Positions 9,704-21,385 are shown, counted from the stretch's first letter. The stretch: DNA of 56,280 bases from Candidatus Moraniibacteriota bacterium (GCA_013334575.1 JAAXXG010000007.1:1-56280), one strand, 5' to 3'. The notes: generated by a model from the sequence alone, not told the origin. Numbers and translations: made by a program.

Positions 9704-10267
9704 TTACGCCTCGTCCGTCCGGAACGGGAAACCGAGCTTCCGGAACAGTTCCAGTCCGCTCTTCCGGTCCTTCGCGGTCGTCGTAACCGTGACCTGGAGG
9801 CCGAAGATCGTCTGCACCTTCTCGGGAACGATTTCCGGGAAGATCATATGCTCGCGGAGTCCGATATTGCAGTTCCCGGAGGCGTCGACCGACGAGACCG
9901 GAATACCCTGGAAGTCACGGGTACGGGGAAGCGTCGCGTAGAGGAACCGGTCGAGGAACTGCCACATGCGCCGGCCGCGCAGCGTCACGCGGGCGCCAAC
10001 CTCGAGCCCCTCACGGATCTTGAATCCTGCGATAGCCTTGCGCGCCTTCGTCAGGACGGGCTTCTGGCCGGTGATGTCGGTAAGCGCCGCGAGAATCTCG
10101 TCGACCCGGGCCTGCTCCTTCTGGAACTTCCCGATACCGACGTTCACGGTCACCTTCATGACCCGCGGAAGCGCGAACACGTTCTTCTCGTCGAGGGACT
10201 TCGAAAGTTCCGGTAGGATCTCCCGGTATCTCGTCTTCGTGATAGGCTGCTGCTCTTTCATACGCAT
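9704..10267 (-). CDS. rplE: 50S ribosomal protein L5
   Basis: NVFALPRVMKVTVNVGIG motif. The ATG at 10267 is chosen because the track ORF (to 10606) runs out of frame across rplX and its extension is Arg-rich junk. Confidence 0.93.
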   Translation of the reverse strand: MRMKEQQPITKTRYREILPELSKSLDEKNVFALPRVMKVTVNVGIGKFQKEQARVDEILAALTDITGQKPVLTKARKAIAGFKIREGLEVGARVTLRGRRMWQFLDRFLYATLPRTRDFQGIPVSSVDASGNCNIGLREHMIFPEIVPEKVQTIFGLQVTVTTTAKDRKSGLELFRKLGFPFRTDEA

Positions 10268-10284
10268 GGTTCTGTAATCGCGCC

Positions 10285-10590
10285 TTAGATCGCCTTTCCG
10301 GAACGGCGGCTCACCCGGACCTTCTCGCCTCCCTCGACCGCGTATCCGACGCGGGTCGGCTTCCCGGTATGCGGGCAGACGAGCATCACGTTCGAGACAT
10401 GGACCGGGAACGGCTTCTCGATCCGCTCGCCGGACGCCCCGTCGCGGGTCGCCTTGCGGTGCTTCTTCATGACATTGACGCCCTCGACGATCACCTTGTC
10501 CTCCTTCGGGAGGACGGAAAGGATCTTCCCGCGCTTCCCGCGGTCCTTTCCGGCGATCACTTCGACTTCGTCGCCTTTCCTGAGTTTCAT
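10285..10590 (-). CDS. rplX: 50S ribosomal protein L24
   Basis: MKLRKGDEVEVIAGKDRGKRGKI KOW motif. Confidence 0.95.
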   Translation of the reverse strand: MKLRKGDEVEVIAGKDRGKRGKILSVLPKEDKVIVEGVNVMKKHRKATRDGASGERIEKPFPVHVSNVMLVCPHTGKPTRVGYAVEGGEKVRVSRRSGKAI

Positions 10591-10600
10591 AATCTCTTCG

Positions 10601-10628
10601 ACTCACGACTCACAACTCACAACTCACA
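10601..10628. repeat. Four tandem heptamers ACTCAC(G/A) in the rplN-rplX spacer
   Basis: ACTCACG ACTCACA ACTCACA ACTCACA. 10613..10630 pairs 16/18 with GTTGTCAGTTGTCAGTTG at 10664..10681. Confidence 0.9.
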
Positions 10629-10695
10629 ACCCCTTACAAGACCGGCGCCGTCGCTTGCGAGAAGTTGTCAGTTGTCAGTTGCGGTCACTGGTTAA

Positions 10696-11067
10696 CTAGA
10701 GCACCTCCTGCGCGAGCGAGACGATCTTCGAGAATCCCTTCTCGCGAAGCTCGCGCGCCACCGGACCGAAGATGCGGCTTCCCTTCGGATCGACACCGTT
10801 GCTGTCGAGAATGACGGCGGCGTTCTCGTCGAACCGGATGTAGGAATTGTCCTTGCGCCGGTACTCGCGGTTCTGCCGGACGATCACGGCCTTCACCTTG
10901 TCGCCCTTCTTCACCGCGCCGCGGGGCTCGGCCGACTTGACCGACGCGACCACGATATCGCCGATGGCGGCATACCGGCGACGAGTCCCTCCGAGCACCT
11001 TAAAGCACTCTATCACCTTCGCTCCCGAATTGTCGGCTACCTTGAGCCTGGTTTCTGCCTGTATCAT
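10696..11067 (-). CDS. rplN: 50S ribosomal protein L14
   Basis: [17 protein letters not shown] start at the ATG at 11067, inside track ORF 10696..11148. Confidence 0.95.
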   Translation of the reverse strand: MIQAETRLKVADNSGAKVIECFKVLGGTRRRYAAIGDIVVASVKSAEPRGAVKKGDKVKAVIVRQNREYRRKDNSYIRFDENAAVILDSNGVDPKGSRIFGPVARELREKGFSKIVSLAQEVL

Positions 11068-11093
11068 ATGCGTCCCTTCCGCGTCTTCACGAC

Positions 11094-11363
11094 TTACTCC
11101 GCCTTCGAGACCACGACGTGCCGCTTGCGTCCGCTCACCGGCCGACATTCGCGGAACGACACCGTGTCACCGACCGAGAACGTCCCTTCCGGAGCGTGCA
11201 CGAGATATTTCTTCGAAGAACGATACCGCTTCCCGTATTTCGGATGGACCTTGAGGGTCTTCACCTCGACGGTGACGGTCTTCTCGCACTTCGTACTCGT
11301 CACGGTCCCGGTCATGGTCGGGGCCTTCGAGACGGTTCCGGTTGTCTGCTTCGTGGTTGCCAT
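11094..11363 (-). CDS. rpsQ: 30S ribosomal protein S17
   Basis: [16 protein letters not shown]...HPKYGKR motif. Confidence 0.95.
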   Translation of the reverse strand: MATTKQTTGTVSKAPTMTGTVTSTKCEKTVTVEVKTLKVHPKYGKRYRSSKKYLVHAPEGTFSVGDTVSFRECRPVSGRKRHVVVSKAE

Positions 11364-11370
11364 AGGTCTT

Positions 11371-11565
11371 CTATCCGTTTAATTCCTCCTCGCGGGAAAG
11401 CGTGAGGAGTCGGGCGATATCGCGCTTGGCGGCACGATGCTCGCGGTGATTCCTCATCTCGCGGGTCGCGATGGAGAACCGCAGTTCGCGGACCTGTTTC
11501 CGGAGACCGAGGAGGAGCGTTTCGCGCTCTCCCTGGCTCTTGTCGCGGAGTTCCTTCATGTTCAT
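11371..11565 (-). CDS. rpmC: 50S ribosomal protein L29
   Basis: 64 aa, ELRDKS..LLLGLRKQVRELRF pattern; operon order. Confidence 0.9.
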   Translation of the reverse strand: MNMKELRDKSQGERETLLLGLRKQVRELRFSIATREMRNHREHRAAKRDIARLLTLSREEELNG

Positions 11566-11575
11566 ACGCGTTCGC

Positions 11576-11998
11576 TTATTCGGTTCCGTGACGGTCGACG
11601 AACCGTGTCTTCACCGACAGCTTGTGCGATGCGAGCCGCATCGCCTCCGCTGCCGCCTCTCGGGATACCCCGTCGAGTTCGAAGAGTACCCGACCGGCCG
11701 TAATCTTGGCTACATAATGATCAACCGCGCCTTTCCCCTTACCCATAGGGGTCTGCTCGCCTTTCTTCGTCATCGGCTTGTCCGGAAACACGCGGATCCA
11801 GACCTTCCCTCCCCGCTGGATATGACGGGTGATCGCGCGTCGGGCGGCCTCTATCTGGCGGGCCGTAATCAGTCCGGCCTCGGTCGCCTTGAGACCGAAA
11901 CTCCCGAAGCTGACGCGGGCGCCCTTGTCGGTCGGACCTTTCGGCCAGCCGCCGCGGTGCATCTTCCGGTGCTTCACTTTTCGTGGCATGAGCAGCAT
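11576..11998 (-). CDS. rplP: 50S ribosomal protein L16
   Basis: [16 protein letters not shown] start. Confidence 0.95.
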   Translation of the reverse strand: MLLMPRKVKHRKMHRGGWPKGPTDKGARVSFGSFGLKATEAGLITARQIEAARRAITRHIQRGGKVWIRVFPDKPMTKKGEQTPMGKGKGAVDHYVAKITAGRVLFELDGVSREAAAEAMRLASHKLSVKTRFVDRHGTE

Positions 11999-12019
11999 AC
12001 GGTTGTCTTCAATCGTCTC

Positions 12020-12700
12020 TTAGCGTCGCGTCTCGGTTTCGGCAGCCTCGTGGCCGCGGGTATCGAACTTCTCACCCCTGTTGATCCAGACCTTGACCCC
12101 GATGGTCCCATAGGTCGTCCTCGCTTCCGCCTGCGCGAAATCGATATCCGCACGGAGCGTGTGAAGCGGAATCTCGCCCTTCGCGGTCCATTCCCGTCGA
12201 GACATCTCGGCGCCTCCGAGTCGGCCGGAGATCTCGATCTTCGCCCCCTTCACCTCGCGCTGCTTCATCACGTTCTCGATGGTCCCCTTGAGCACGCGCC
12301 GGAACGGCATACGCTTCTCAAGCTGTTCCGCGACCGACTGAGCGACGAGCGAGGCGTTTTCATCGGGAGTCTTGATCTCCCGTACATCCACCTTGAGTTC
12401 GGTCCGACGCCCCCGGAAGAAACGCCCCTTCATGACACGCGTCAGGTCCTCGATGCCGGTACCGCCACGACCGATGAGTACGCCCGGACGGGACGTCTCG
12501 ATGATGACACGGATCACGTTCGCCGAGCGTTCGATGAACACGTCAGCGATCGCCGCGGCCTTCCACTTCCGCTTGATGAACTCGCGGATTTCGACGTCCT
12601 GACGGAGCGTCTTCTGGAAGTTCCGCGAATCGAACCACCGCGACTTCCATCCCGCCGTCACCCCGAGCCGGAAACCTACCGGATGAATCTTCTGTCCCAT
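12020..12700 (-). CDS. rpsC: 30S ribosomal protein S3
   Basis: MGQKIHPVGFRLG start, KH domain. Confidence 0.95.
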   Translation of the reverse strand: MGQKIHPVGFRLGVTAGWKSRWFDSRNFQKTLRQDVEIREFIKRKWKAAAIADVFIERSANVIRVIIETSRPGVLIGRGGTGIEDLTRVMKGRFFRGRRTELKVDVREIKTPDENASLVAQSVAEQLEKRMPFRRVLKGTIENVMKQREVKGAKIEISGRLGGAEMSRREWTAKGEIPLHTLRADIDFAQAEARTTYGTIGVKVWINRGEKFDTRGHEAAETETRR

Positions 12701-12710
12701 AGCGAGTGCG

Positions 12711-13259
12711 TTAGACCGATTTCCTCTGATAGACGCGCTTGACCGCGTTCTTCCGCCCCTTCATTTCCTGCTTCACGGACGACTCCTTCTTCGACTCCTT
12801 CAGCTCGTCCGCCGCAACAGCCGCCTTCGCGACCTCTTCCTTGACTTCCTTGACCGCCTTCTCACGCTTCACGGACGGCTTCTTGGCGGCTTTTGCCATT
12901 CCGACCTCCCGCCGGTTCAGACCTTCGATCCGCTCCTCGACGACAAGCGTTACGTTGGAGAGTCGGTGCAAAATCTGGTTGGCGCGTCCGAACGCTCGAG
13001 GCTGCCACCGCTTGAGCCTGGCGCCGTCGCCGACAAGCACGGAGCGGACAAACAGGTTCGACGGATCGATACCGTGGTTATGCTCGGCGTTCGCGACCGC
13101 GCTCCGAAGCAGTTTCGAGATCGGCTCGGAAGAGCGCTTCACCTGCTTCGAAAGTTCGGTCAGCGCCGCCTCGACGGACATGCCGGTGATGACGTGCGCT
13201 ACGAGCCGGACCTTCCGGGGAGCGATCTTGAGATTGTTGAGTCGTGCTGTTACCTGCAT
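12711..13259 (-). CDS. rplV: 50S ribosomal protein L22 with a ~60-aa Lys/Glu/Ala-rich C-terminal tail
   Basis: ARLNNLKIAPRKVRLVAHVITG motif; tail is AKAAKKPSVKREKAVKEVKEEVAKAA... Confidence 0.93.
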   Translation of the reverse strand: MQVTARLNNLKIAPRKVRLVAHVITGMSVEAALTELSKQVKRSSEPISKLLRSAVANAEHNHGIDPSNLFVRSVLVGDGARLKRWQPRAFGRANQILHRLSNVTLVVEERIEGLNRREVGMAKAAKKPSVKREKAVKEVKEEVAKAAVAADELKESKKESSVKQEMKGRKNAVKRVYQRKSV

Positions 13260-13290
13260 ACCCGTATGCTCAATTCCGTACTACGTGGGA

Positions 13291-13641
13291 TTACTTCTTC
13301 TTCGCCCCTCCGGTCGTCGCGGCCTTGGCGGCCTTGGCGGCATCGAGGTCGCGCTGCTTCGCCGCAGCGTCCATCTCCTTCTGGATCTTTCCGCCATGAC
13401 GCTGGAACTTTCGCGTCGGGGAGAACTCGCCAAGCTTGTGTCCGACCATCTCCTCCGTCACGTACACCGAGATGAAGTCGCGGCCGTTGTGCACGCCGAA
13501 GGTGAACCCGACCATCTCGGGAGTAATGGTGCAGGCACGCGACCACGTCTTGATGACGGTCTTGTCGCCGACCTTCTTCCCGTCGAGTTTTCTGAGGACC
13601 CGCGGATCGACGTACGGTCCTTTCTTGAGACTTCGAGACAT
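13291..13641 (-). CDS. rpsS: 30S ribosomal protein S19 with a Lys/Ala-rich tail
   Basis: [18 protein letters not shown] start; tail is ...[22 protein letters not shown]. Confidence 0.95.
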   Translation of the reverse strand: MSRSLKKGPYVDPRVLRKLDGKKVGDKTVIKTWSRACTITPEMVGFTFGVHNGRDFISVYVTEEMVGHKLGEFSPTRKFQRHGGKIQKEMDAAAKQRDLDAAKAAKAATTGGAKKK

Positions 13642-13663
13642 ATCGTTCTCCTTGGTTAACTCA

Positions 13664-14500
13664 CTACCGCTTCTTCGTCCGACGCTTCACGATGTACTTG
13701 TTGCTTGCCTTCTTCCGCTTCCTCGTCTTCTTGCCGAGCGCAGGCTTGCCCCACGGCGTCTTCGGCCCCTTGAGACCGATCGGCTGACAACCCTCACCGC
13801 CTCCGTGCGGATGGTCGACGGGGTTCATCACGGTACCGCGGACCGCCGGGCGCTTCCCCTTCCAACGGCTCCGGCCGGCCTTACCGATCCGTTCCACGCC
13901 GTGTTCGAAATTACTGACCTGTCCCAGAGTCGCGTAGCACTCCTTGGAAACGAGACGGACCTCGCCGGAAGCGAGACGGACCTGAGCCATGTTTCCCTCA
14001 AGCGCCATCAGGGTCGCGCTTGAACCGGCACTCCGGACGATCTGTCCGCCGCGACCGACCTTGAGCTCGACATTGCAGATGACAGTACCGGTCGGGATGT
14101 TCTTGATAAGGAGGCGGTTCCCCTCGGCAACCGGAGCCTCGGGTCCCGAGACGATCTCCTGCCCCACCTTCATGCCGGCCGTCGCGAGGACATACCGTTT
14201 CTCACCGTCGCGGTAGTGAACGAGCGCGATCAGGGCCGAGCGGTTCGGATCACGCTCGATCTGCGCGATCTTTCCCGGAACGCCGTGCTTATCCTGACGG
14301 AAATCGACGAGCCGATACTGGCGCTTGTGACCGCCACCCTGGTGCCGGACGGAAATCTTCCCGTTACTCCGTCCCGCATTCCGCTTAAGCGGACGCATGA
14401 GCGATTTCTCGGAAACCGCCTTCTGGGTCACCTGGTCCGGCTTCACGATGGTCATGAAGCGGCGTCCGGCATTGTTCTTCTTGTAGATCCTGATGGCCAT
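13664..14500 (-). CDS. rplB: 50S ribosomal protein L2
   Basis: [11 protein letters not shown] and [12 protein letters not shown] motifs. Confidence 0.97.
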   Translation of the reverse strand: MAIRIYKKNNAGRRFMTIVKPDQVTQKAVSEKSLMRPLKRNAGRSNGKISVRHQGGGHKRQYRLVDFRQDKHGVPGKIAQIERDPNRSALIALVHYRDGEKRYVLATAGMKVGQEIVSGPEAPVAEGNRLLIKNIPTGTVICNVELKVGRGGQIVRSAGSSATLMALEGNMAQVRLASGEVRLVSKECYATLGQVSNFEHGVERIGKAGRSRWKGKRPAVRGTVMNPVDHPHGGGEGCQPIGLKGPKTPWGKPALGKKTRKRKKASNKYIVKRRTKKR

Positions 14501-14531
14501 ATTCTTTCAGCTAGTTTCGCGCGGTTTCTTC

Positions 14532-14894
14532 CTAGGCGCCCTTGAACAGGGTGATCTCCTCCCCCTTCGGCAGCGTGACGATCGCCTTCTTCATTCCGGA
14601 AACGGTTCCGACCGTCCGTCCGAACGCCCGCTTCCGAGGAGCGACGCTGATTGTCCGGACCCGATCGACCGAAACGCCATACGCCGTCTCGACCGCGCGC
14701 TTCACCTGCGTCTTCGTGGCATCCTTCGCGACCTTGAACACATACTGGTTGAGTCCGTTAAGGACGTATGCCTTCTCCGTCACGCGCGCGGAGAGAAGCA
14801 CGCGCGCCGCGAGCGACTGCCCTTCCAGAGTGTCGACGCCCTTCGAGGCCTCGCGCGCCGTCTTCGACTTCGTCTTCTTTATGAGTGCTGCCAT
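14532..14894 (-). CDS. rplW: 50S ribosomal protein L23 (with N-terminal extension)
   Basis: YVFKVAKDATKTQVKRAVETAYGV motif; operon order. Confidence 0.9.
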   Translation of the reverse strand: MAALIKKTKSKTAREASKGVDTLEGQSLAARVLLSARVTEKAYVLNGLNQYVFKVAKDATKTQVKRAVETAYGVSVDRVRTISVAPRKRAFGRTVGTVSGMKKAIVTLPKGEEITLFKGA

Positions 14895-14904
14895 ATTCGT
14901 ATCC

Positions 14905-15552
14905 CTAGTTCTTCGCTGACGTCTCCTTGAACCGCTCCGAAAACAGCTCGACCGACTTCCGGCTCAGAACGACGTATTCGTTCTGCAGGAGATCGTAGGC
15001 GCTCATGTTTTCCGACAGTACGTTCTCGATGCGGTCGATGTTCCTGGACAACCGCTCGCTCCCGCGTTCCTCACGCGCGAATCCGACGAGTGTCCGGCGA
15101 CCTTCGACGCCGATGCCCGAGAGCATCTTGGAGAAGGACTTGGTCTTCGCCTCGGCAAACGAGAATTCGTCCACGAAACGGATGCGATCCGCACGGAGTT
15201 TCTCCGAAAGGGCGATCCGAAGCGCCTTCTGACGCATCTTCCGGTTCGTCTCCTTGGAGAAGTTCCGATCCTTCGTCGGACCAAACACGATACCGCCTTT
15301 CCGCCAATGCGGAGCGCGGACCTGTCCGATACGGGCGCGGCCCGTCCCCTTCTGCCTCCACGGCTTCTTGCCGGTACCGGCGCGTTCGGAACGGTCCTTG
15401 GTATGCGCTATGGCGGAGCGAAGATTCGACGCGACGGCGACATAAACCTGATGAAGCAGCGTGTCGTTACCCGGAACGCCGAACACGGCTTCGGAAAGCT
15501 CGATCTCGCCTTTCCTCTCGCCATTCGCGTTGTAGAGCGGAGCCTTGATCAT
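14905..15552 (-). CDS. rplD: 50S ribosomal protein L4
   Basis: QKGTGRARIGQVRAPHWRKGG motif. Confidence 0.95.
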   Translation of the reverse strand: MIKAPLYNANGERKGEIELSEAVFGVPGNDTLLHQVYVAVASNLRSAIAHTKDRSERAGTGKKPWRQKGTGRARIGQVRAPHWRKGGIVFGPTKDRNFSKETNRKMRQKALRIALSEKLRADRIRFVDEFSFAEAKTKSFSKMLSGIGVEGRRTLVGFAREERGSERLSRNIDRIENVLSENMSAYDLLQNEYVVLSRKSVELFSERFKETSAKN

Positions 15553-15587
15553 ACTCGTTTCGGTGATGCAGTGGAATGATGCGGTGA

Positions 15588-16214
15588 TTACGCCTTCGCG
15601 ACTCCGACTTTCTTGCCGAGGCCACGGATACCGACGATGCCGCCGTTGATACCCGGCACCGCGCCGCGGACCGCGATCAGATTCTTCTCGGCGTCGACGA
15701 GCACGACACGGAGCCCGCGAACGGTGAAGTTCTCGCCGCCCATCCGACCAGCCATACGACGCCCCTTCACCACGTGTTCCGGGAAGGTCGCGCCGATCGA
15801 ACCGGGCTTACGCATATCATGCTTGCGTCCATGGCTCGCAGGAGCGCCCCCGAATCCGTGACGCTTCACGACGCCCTGAAAACCCTTTGCCTTCGTAACG
15901 CCGGAAACATCGACGATATCACCAACCTCGAAGGAAGAAACCGAGACCTCATCCCCCTGCTTCACCTCTCCGAGCAGCGCGGTCGCGGCAGTCTCGTCCT
16001 TTCCCTTCGCCGTGAACGGAGGACGGAATTCCATGCGTACCTTGCGACGAGACGTCTTGTCGGTCTCCACCTGAACCGCGGCATAGCCGTCCTTCTCCGT
16101 TGTCCGAATCTGGGTCACCGTATTCGGGGCGCATGAAATCACGGTCACGTTCTCCGAGACCGGCCCCTCATGGATGGAGGTCATGCCGAGTTTCTTGCCG
16201 ATGATGAATTTCAT
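15588..16214 (-). CDS. rplC: 50S ribosomal protein L3
   Basis: GKKLGMTSI and [17 protein letters not shown] motifs. Confidence 0.95.
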   Translation of the reverse strand: MKFIIGKKLGMTSIHEGPVSENVTVISCAPNTVTQIRTTEKDGYAAVQVETDKTSRRKVRMEFRPPFTAKGKDETAATALLGEVKQGDEVSVSSFEVGDIVDVSGVTKAKGFQGVVKRHGFGGAPASHGRKHDMRKPGSIGATFPEHVVKGRRMAGRMGGENFTVRGLRVVLVDAEKNLIAVRGAVPGINGGIVGIRGLGKKVGVAKA

Positions 16215-16229
16215 ACCCGTATTCCTGGT

Positions 16230-16358
16230 AAAACAAAAAGCCGGTCACCCAGCCAAACCGCTCACGCGCCTGGCCCGTTCAGTATCCCCCCCTCCTCCGC
16301 GAGGCGATGCCGTCGGGCCATCCTTGACCCTTCCGCATCGCCCGCAGAGCGCCAGGCG
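16230..16358 (-). promoter_or_regulatory. Structured rpsJ-rplC spacer: nested stems plus a weak hairpin/U-run just upstream of rplC
   Basis: Outer stem CGCCTGGC(16267-74)/GCCAGGCG(16351-58). Inner stem GGCGATGC(16303-10)/GCATCGCC(16335-42). On the mRNA, GGCUGG-GUGA-CCGGCU followed by UUUUUGUUUU (16230..16254). Confidence 0.45.
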
Positions 16359-16379
16359 AGGGACTTTAACGAGTGAATG

Positions 16380-16718
16380 CTACATTTTGATTTCGACGTC
16401 GACTCCGGTCGGAAGGTCGAGATTCGTCATGAGGTCGATCGTCTTCGGCGTCGGATTCACGACGTCGATCAGTCGCTTGTGCACGCGCATCTCGTACTGG
16501 TCGCGAGAGTTCTTGTGCACGAACGTCGACCGATTGACCGTCACCTTGTGGATCTCGGTCGGAAGCGGCACCGGACCCGTGACCGTCGCGCCGCTACGTT
16601 CCGCCGTCTCGACGATCTTGCGCGCCGACTGGTCGATGACCTTGTGATCGTACGCCTTGATCTTCACGCGCATCCGCGATTCGGCTTCGCTTACGCTTTT
16701 TTTCGCTTTCACTGCCAT
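16380..16718 (-). CDS. rpsJ: 30S ribosomal protein S10
   Basis: [23 protein letters not shown] motif. Confidence 0.95.
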   Translation of the reverse strand: MAVKAKKSVSEAESRMRVKIKAYDHKVIDQSARKIVETAERSGATVTGPVPLPTEIHKVTVNRSTFVHKNSRDQYEMRVHKRLIDVVNPTPKTIDLMTNLDLPTGVDVEIKM

Positions 16719-16807
16719 TGCCGTGGTCTCGTTTATTAGTTCCGTGGTTCAGGGAATGGGGGCGGGCGGAACCGTTTCCGCCCGCAGGATTCCGTGAACC
16801 GTGAAGA

Positions 16808-17998
<1,191 letters not shown>

Positions 17999-18129
17999 AC
18001 GTATTCGAGGCCGCGGCGGCGAAACGTGAACCGTTTCCGCCGTGCGATCCTGTGAATAAGGATTATTTTTTACGATGATGAAAACCGTCTATCCCGACCG
18101 TTTCCGGTCGGAAGAGGACATCAGTGGGT

Positions 18130-18158
18130 ATCGTACCAAGATGTTTTTCCCCTGTCAA
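18130..18158 (-). promoter_or_regulatory. Sigma70-type promoter for tuf (TTGACA-17-TACGAT)
   Basis: Minus-strand TTGACA at 18158..18153 and TACGAT at 18135..18130, in the fusA-tuf spacer. Confidence 0.6.
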
Positions 18159-18184
18159 GAGGGAAAAACCCGAGGGAATACCGA

Positions 18185-20293
18185 CTACTCGCCCCCCTTT
18201 CCGCCGGCCGCCTGTCGGCTACCGACCAGCTCGGCTCCGACGTTCGAGGGAACCTCGGCATAATGCCCGAATTCCATCGAATAACTCGACCGTCCCTGCG
18301 ACATGGAACGCAGCTGCGTCGCATACCCGAACATGGACGCCAGCGGCACATCGGCATGGATTTCCTTGACCCGGGCGTTCCCCTCGCCGCGATCCTGCAT
18401 CTCCTTGATGATGCCGCGCTTTGCATTGATGTCGCCTACGATGTCGCCCATGAACTGCTCCGGCGTAATGACCACGACGTTCATGATCGGCTCGAGGATG
18501 ACCGGCTTCGCCCGGCGAGCCGCCTCCTTGAAGGCCATTGAACCGGCGATCTTGAAGGCCGCTTCCGAAGAGTCGACATCGTGGAAGGATCCGTCGTATA
18601 CGGTCACCTTGAGGTCGACCATCGGATATCCGGCAAGTACGCCGGTCTGCGAGGCCTCGAACGCTCCGCGGTCGATCGGCTTGATGAACTCGCCCGGGAT
18701 GACGCCGCCCTTGATCTCGTCCGCGAACTCGTAGCCCTTACCGCTCTCGAGCGGCTCGACACGGAGCCAGCAGTGTCCGTACTGGCCGCGTCCGCCCGAC
18801 TGCCGGATATACTTGCCTTCCGCCTGCGCGGTCTCGCGGATCGTCTCGCGGTACGCCACCTGCGGGCGGCCGGTATTGACCTCGACCTTGAACTCGCGCT
18901 TCATGCGGTCGACGATGATGTCGAGATGAAGCTCGCCCATGCCCGAGAGAATGGTCTGCCCGCTCTCCTCGTCGGTATGCACGCGGAAAGTCGGATCCTC
19001 CTCGGCGAGCTTCTTGAGCGCGATCGCCATCTTCTCCTGGTCGGCCTTGGTCTTCGGCTCGATGGCGATGTCGATGACCGGCTCCGGGAAGGTGATGGAC
19101 TCCAGCAGGATCGGATGGTCCTGGTCGCAGAGCGTATCGCCGGTCGTCGTGACCTTCATTCCGACGAGAGCGCCGATATCGCCGGCGGCGATATCCTCTA
19201 CCTCCTCGCGATGACTCGCGTGCATGCGTACGATCCGACCGACGCGCTCCTTCTCTCCCTTCGAGGCGTTGAGGACGTAGCTTCCCGCCTTGAGCGACCC
19301 CGAGTAAACGCGGAAGAAGGTCAGCTGTCCGATGAAGGGATCGGTCGCGATCTTGAACGCAAGCGCCGAGAACGGCTCATCGTCGGACGCCTTGCGCATC
19401 ATCGCCTCACCGGTCTTCGGGTTCTCACCCTCGACCGCCGGGATGTCGATCGGCGACGGGAGATACTCGACGACCGCGTCGAGCACGAGCTGCACGCCCT
19501 TGTTTCGGAGTGCCGTGCCCGTGAAGACCGGCACGAGCCGAGTGGCGATGACGCCCCGACGGATCGCGGCCTTCAGTTCGTCGACCGAGATCTCCTCGCC
19601 GCCGAGGAACTTCTCGGTGAGCGTATCATCGCTCTCGGCGACCTTCTCGACGAGCTTCTCTCGCCATTCCTTCGCCTTCCCGAGATACTCGGCCGGAATC
19701 TCGCCCTCGATCACCTTCTCGCCCATCGCGCCGTCGAAGGTGTAGGCCTTCATCGACAGCAGATCGATCACGCCGTAGAAATCGGAGCGCTCGCCCATCG
19801 GAATCTGCATCGCGAACGCGTTCGGGGTAAGCCGGTTCCAGATGGACTCGAGCGCTACGAAGAAGTCGGCACCCTCCTTATCGATCTTGTTGATGAAGCA
19901 CATGCGCGGCACCTTGTACTTCTCTGCCTGGCGCCAGACCGTCTCGGACTGCGGTTCCACGCCTTCCTTGCCGTCGAACACGACTACGCCGCCGTCGAGG
20001 ACGCGCAGCGAACGTTCCACCTCGACCGTGAAGTCGACGTGCCCCGGGGTGTCGATGATGTTGATCTGATGATCCTTCCAGAAACAGGTCGTCGCGGCCG
20101 AGGTGATGGTAATACCGCGCTCGCGTTCCTGTTCCATCCAGTCCATGGTCGCCTCGCCCTCGTGCACCTCGCCGATCTTGTGCGTGATGCCGGTATAGAA
20201 AAGGACGCGCTCGGTCGTCGTGGTCTTGCCGGCATCGATATGCGCGATGATGCCGATATTGCGGATCTTCTCGATCGGTCTGAGACGGGCCAT
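18185..20293 (-). CDS. fusA: Elongation factor G
   Basis: [20 protein letters not shown] and NKIDK motifs; 702 aa. Confidence 0.98.
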   Translation of the reverse strand: MARLRPIEKIRNIGIIAHIDAGKTTTTERVLFYTGITHKIGEVHEGEATMDWMEQERERGITITSAATTCFWKDHQINIIDTPGHVDFTVEVERSLRVLDGGVVVFDGKEGVEPQSETVWRQAEKYKVPRMCFINKIDKEGADFFVALESIWNRLTPNAFAMQIPMGERSDFYGVIDLLSMKAYTFDGAMGEKVIEGEIPAEYLGKAKEWREKLVEKVAESDDTLTEKFLGGEEISVDELKAAIRRGVIATRLVPVFTGTALRNKGVQLVLDAVVEYLPSPIDIPAVEGENPKTGEAMMRKASDDEPFSALAFKIATDPFIGQLTFFRVYSGSLKAGSYVLNASKGEKERVGRIVRMHASHREEVEDIAAGDIGALVGMKVTTTGDTLCDQDHPILLESITFPEPVIDIAIEPKTKADQEKMAIALKKLAEEDPTFRVHTDEESGQTILSGMGELHLDIIVDRMKREFKVEVNTGRPQVAYRETIRETAQAEGKYIRQSGGRGQYGHCWLRVEPLESGKGYEFADEIKGGVIPGEFIKPIDRGAFEASQTGVLAGYPMVDLKVTVYDGSFHDVDSSEAAFKIAGSMAFKEAARRAKPVILEPIMNVVVITPEQFMGDIVGDINAKRGIIKEMQDRGEGNARVKEIHADVPLASMFGYATQLRSMSQGRSSYSMEFGHYAEVPSNVGAELVGSRQAAGGKGGE

Positions 20294-20422
20294 AGGACGG
20301 AACGTTAACTGGTTTTTTCGCTTACGGTTACGGGTATCCCTATAAAAAGCGAGAAGAGGTCGCGCATGGCTCCCCTTCTCTTCCGGTCGCCTCGCTCTCG
20401 GCGCGTCCGGTTCGTCGTCGGA

Positions 20423-20890
20423 TCAGGCGAAGTGCGCGAACGCCTTGTTAGCATCGGCCATGCGGTGCACCTCGTCGCGCTTCTTCATCGCCGCACCGGC
20501 CTTGTTCGAAGCGTCGATGAGCTCGTCCGCGAGCCGCTCCGCCATCGGCTTCCCCTTGCGCTTGCGGCAGGCCTCGCGGACCCAGCGCATCGCGAGCGTC
20601 TGGCGGCGATCACCGGAAACCGGGACCGGGACCTGATAGTTGGCTCCGCCCACGCGGCGGCTCTTGAGCTCGAGGAGCGGAGATATATTCTTGATCGCCT
20701 GTTCGAAGATGTTGAGACCGCCCTTCTTCGTCCGGTCATGGATGATATCGAAAGCATCGTAGACGATCTTCTCGGCTACGCTCTTCTTGCCGTCCCACAT
20801 GATGAGACCGATGAAGTGGCCCACCAGGGGACTCCCGTACTTCGCATCGGCTTTCCAGGTCTTATCGTACTGCCGCTTCCTTCGAGGCAT
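20423..20890 (-). CDS. rpsG: 30S ribosomal protein S7
   Basis: MPRRKRQY start, LELKSRRVGGANYQVP motif. Confidence 0.95.
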   Translation of the reverse strand: MPRRKRQYDKTWKADAKYGSPLVGHFIGLIMWDGKKSVAEKIVYDAFDIIHDRTKKGGLNIFEQAIKNISPLLELKSRRVGGANYQVPVPVSGDRRQTLAMRWVREACRKRKGKPMAERLADELIDASNKAGAAMKKRDEVHRMADANKAFAHFA

Positions 20891-20918
20891 AGTTCCTGTC
20901 GGTAAAGTGATTCAATCC

Positions 20919-21341
20919 CTACTCCTTCGCCGCCTTCGGGCGCTTCACGCCGTACTTCGAGCGGCTCCGGTTGCGCTTCGCCACGCCGGCGGTATCGAGT
21001 ACGCCGCGAACGATATGATACCGGACACCCGGAAGGTCCTTCACGCGCCCGCCGCGGATCATCACGATCGAGTGCTCCTGAAGGTTGTGTCCCTCGCCCG
21101 GGATGTAAGCCGTCACTTCCATGCCGTTGGTGAGGCGGACGCGGGCGATCTTCCGGAGCGCGGAGTTCGGCTTCTTCGGGGTCACGGTCGTCACCTTCGT
21201 GCACACGCCCCGCTTGAACGGGCTCTCCGTATAGGTCTTCCGGTTCCGGATCGTGTTCGAGATGAAGGTCATCGCCGGAGACTTGGACTTCTTCGCGGAA
21301 GTCTTTCGAGGGCGCTTGACGAGCTGGTTGATCGTGGCCAT
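20919..21341 (-). CDS. rpsL: 30S ribosomal protein S12
   Basis: [13 protein letters not shown] start, [10 protein letters not shown] motif. Confidence 0.97.
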   Translation of the reverse strand: MATINQLVKRPRKTSAKKSKSPAMTFISNTIRNRKTYTESPFKRGVCTKVTTVTPKKPNSALRKIARVRLTNGMEVTAYIPGEGHNLQEHSIVMIRGGRVKDLPGVRYHIVRGVLDTAGVAKRNRSRSKYGVKRPKAAKE

Positions 21342-21385
21342 TGCGGTGAAACAAAATGAAAAGCGGTTTCGTACGCCGTGAAGGC

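Noticed and set aside
9704-10606. Track ORFs with long N-terminal extensions: L5 300 aa, L14 150 aa, MBL 496 aa, YqeY 262 aa, DgkA 233 aa, S6 244 aa, FtsZ 450 aa, FtsK 887 aa.
   Set aside because: The extensions overlap the upstream gene in another frame and are Arg-rich junk. Internal ATGs reproduce the canonical protein N-termini, so the starts were trimmed.
10601-10691. CRISPR-like or microsatellite array (ACTCACN heptamers).
   Set aside because: There are only four 7-nt units with no spacers, and an inverted partner forms a hairpin. It is an intra-operon RNA structure, not a CRISPR array. No cas genes or other arrays occur anywhere in the window.
18581-20308. Very long antisense ORFs opposite conserved genes. 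Examples: 18581..20308(+) vs fusA, 37502..39286(+) vs hisS, 48156..50492(+) vs ftsK, 11471..12742(+) vs rplP/rpsC, 17033..18055(+) vs tuf, 25692..26786(+) vs hydA, 40818..42001(-) vs LCP/pth.
   Set aside because: Their translations are Arg/Asp/His/Leu-rich low-complexity sequence, typical of stop-poor antisense frames in high-GC DNA. The opposite strand encodes unmistakable conserved proteins.
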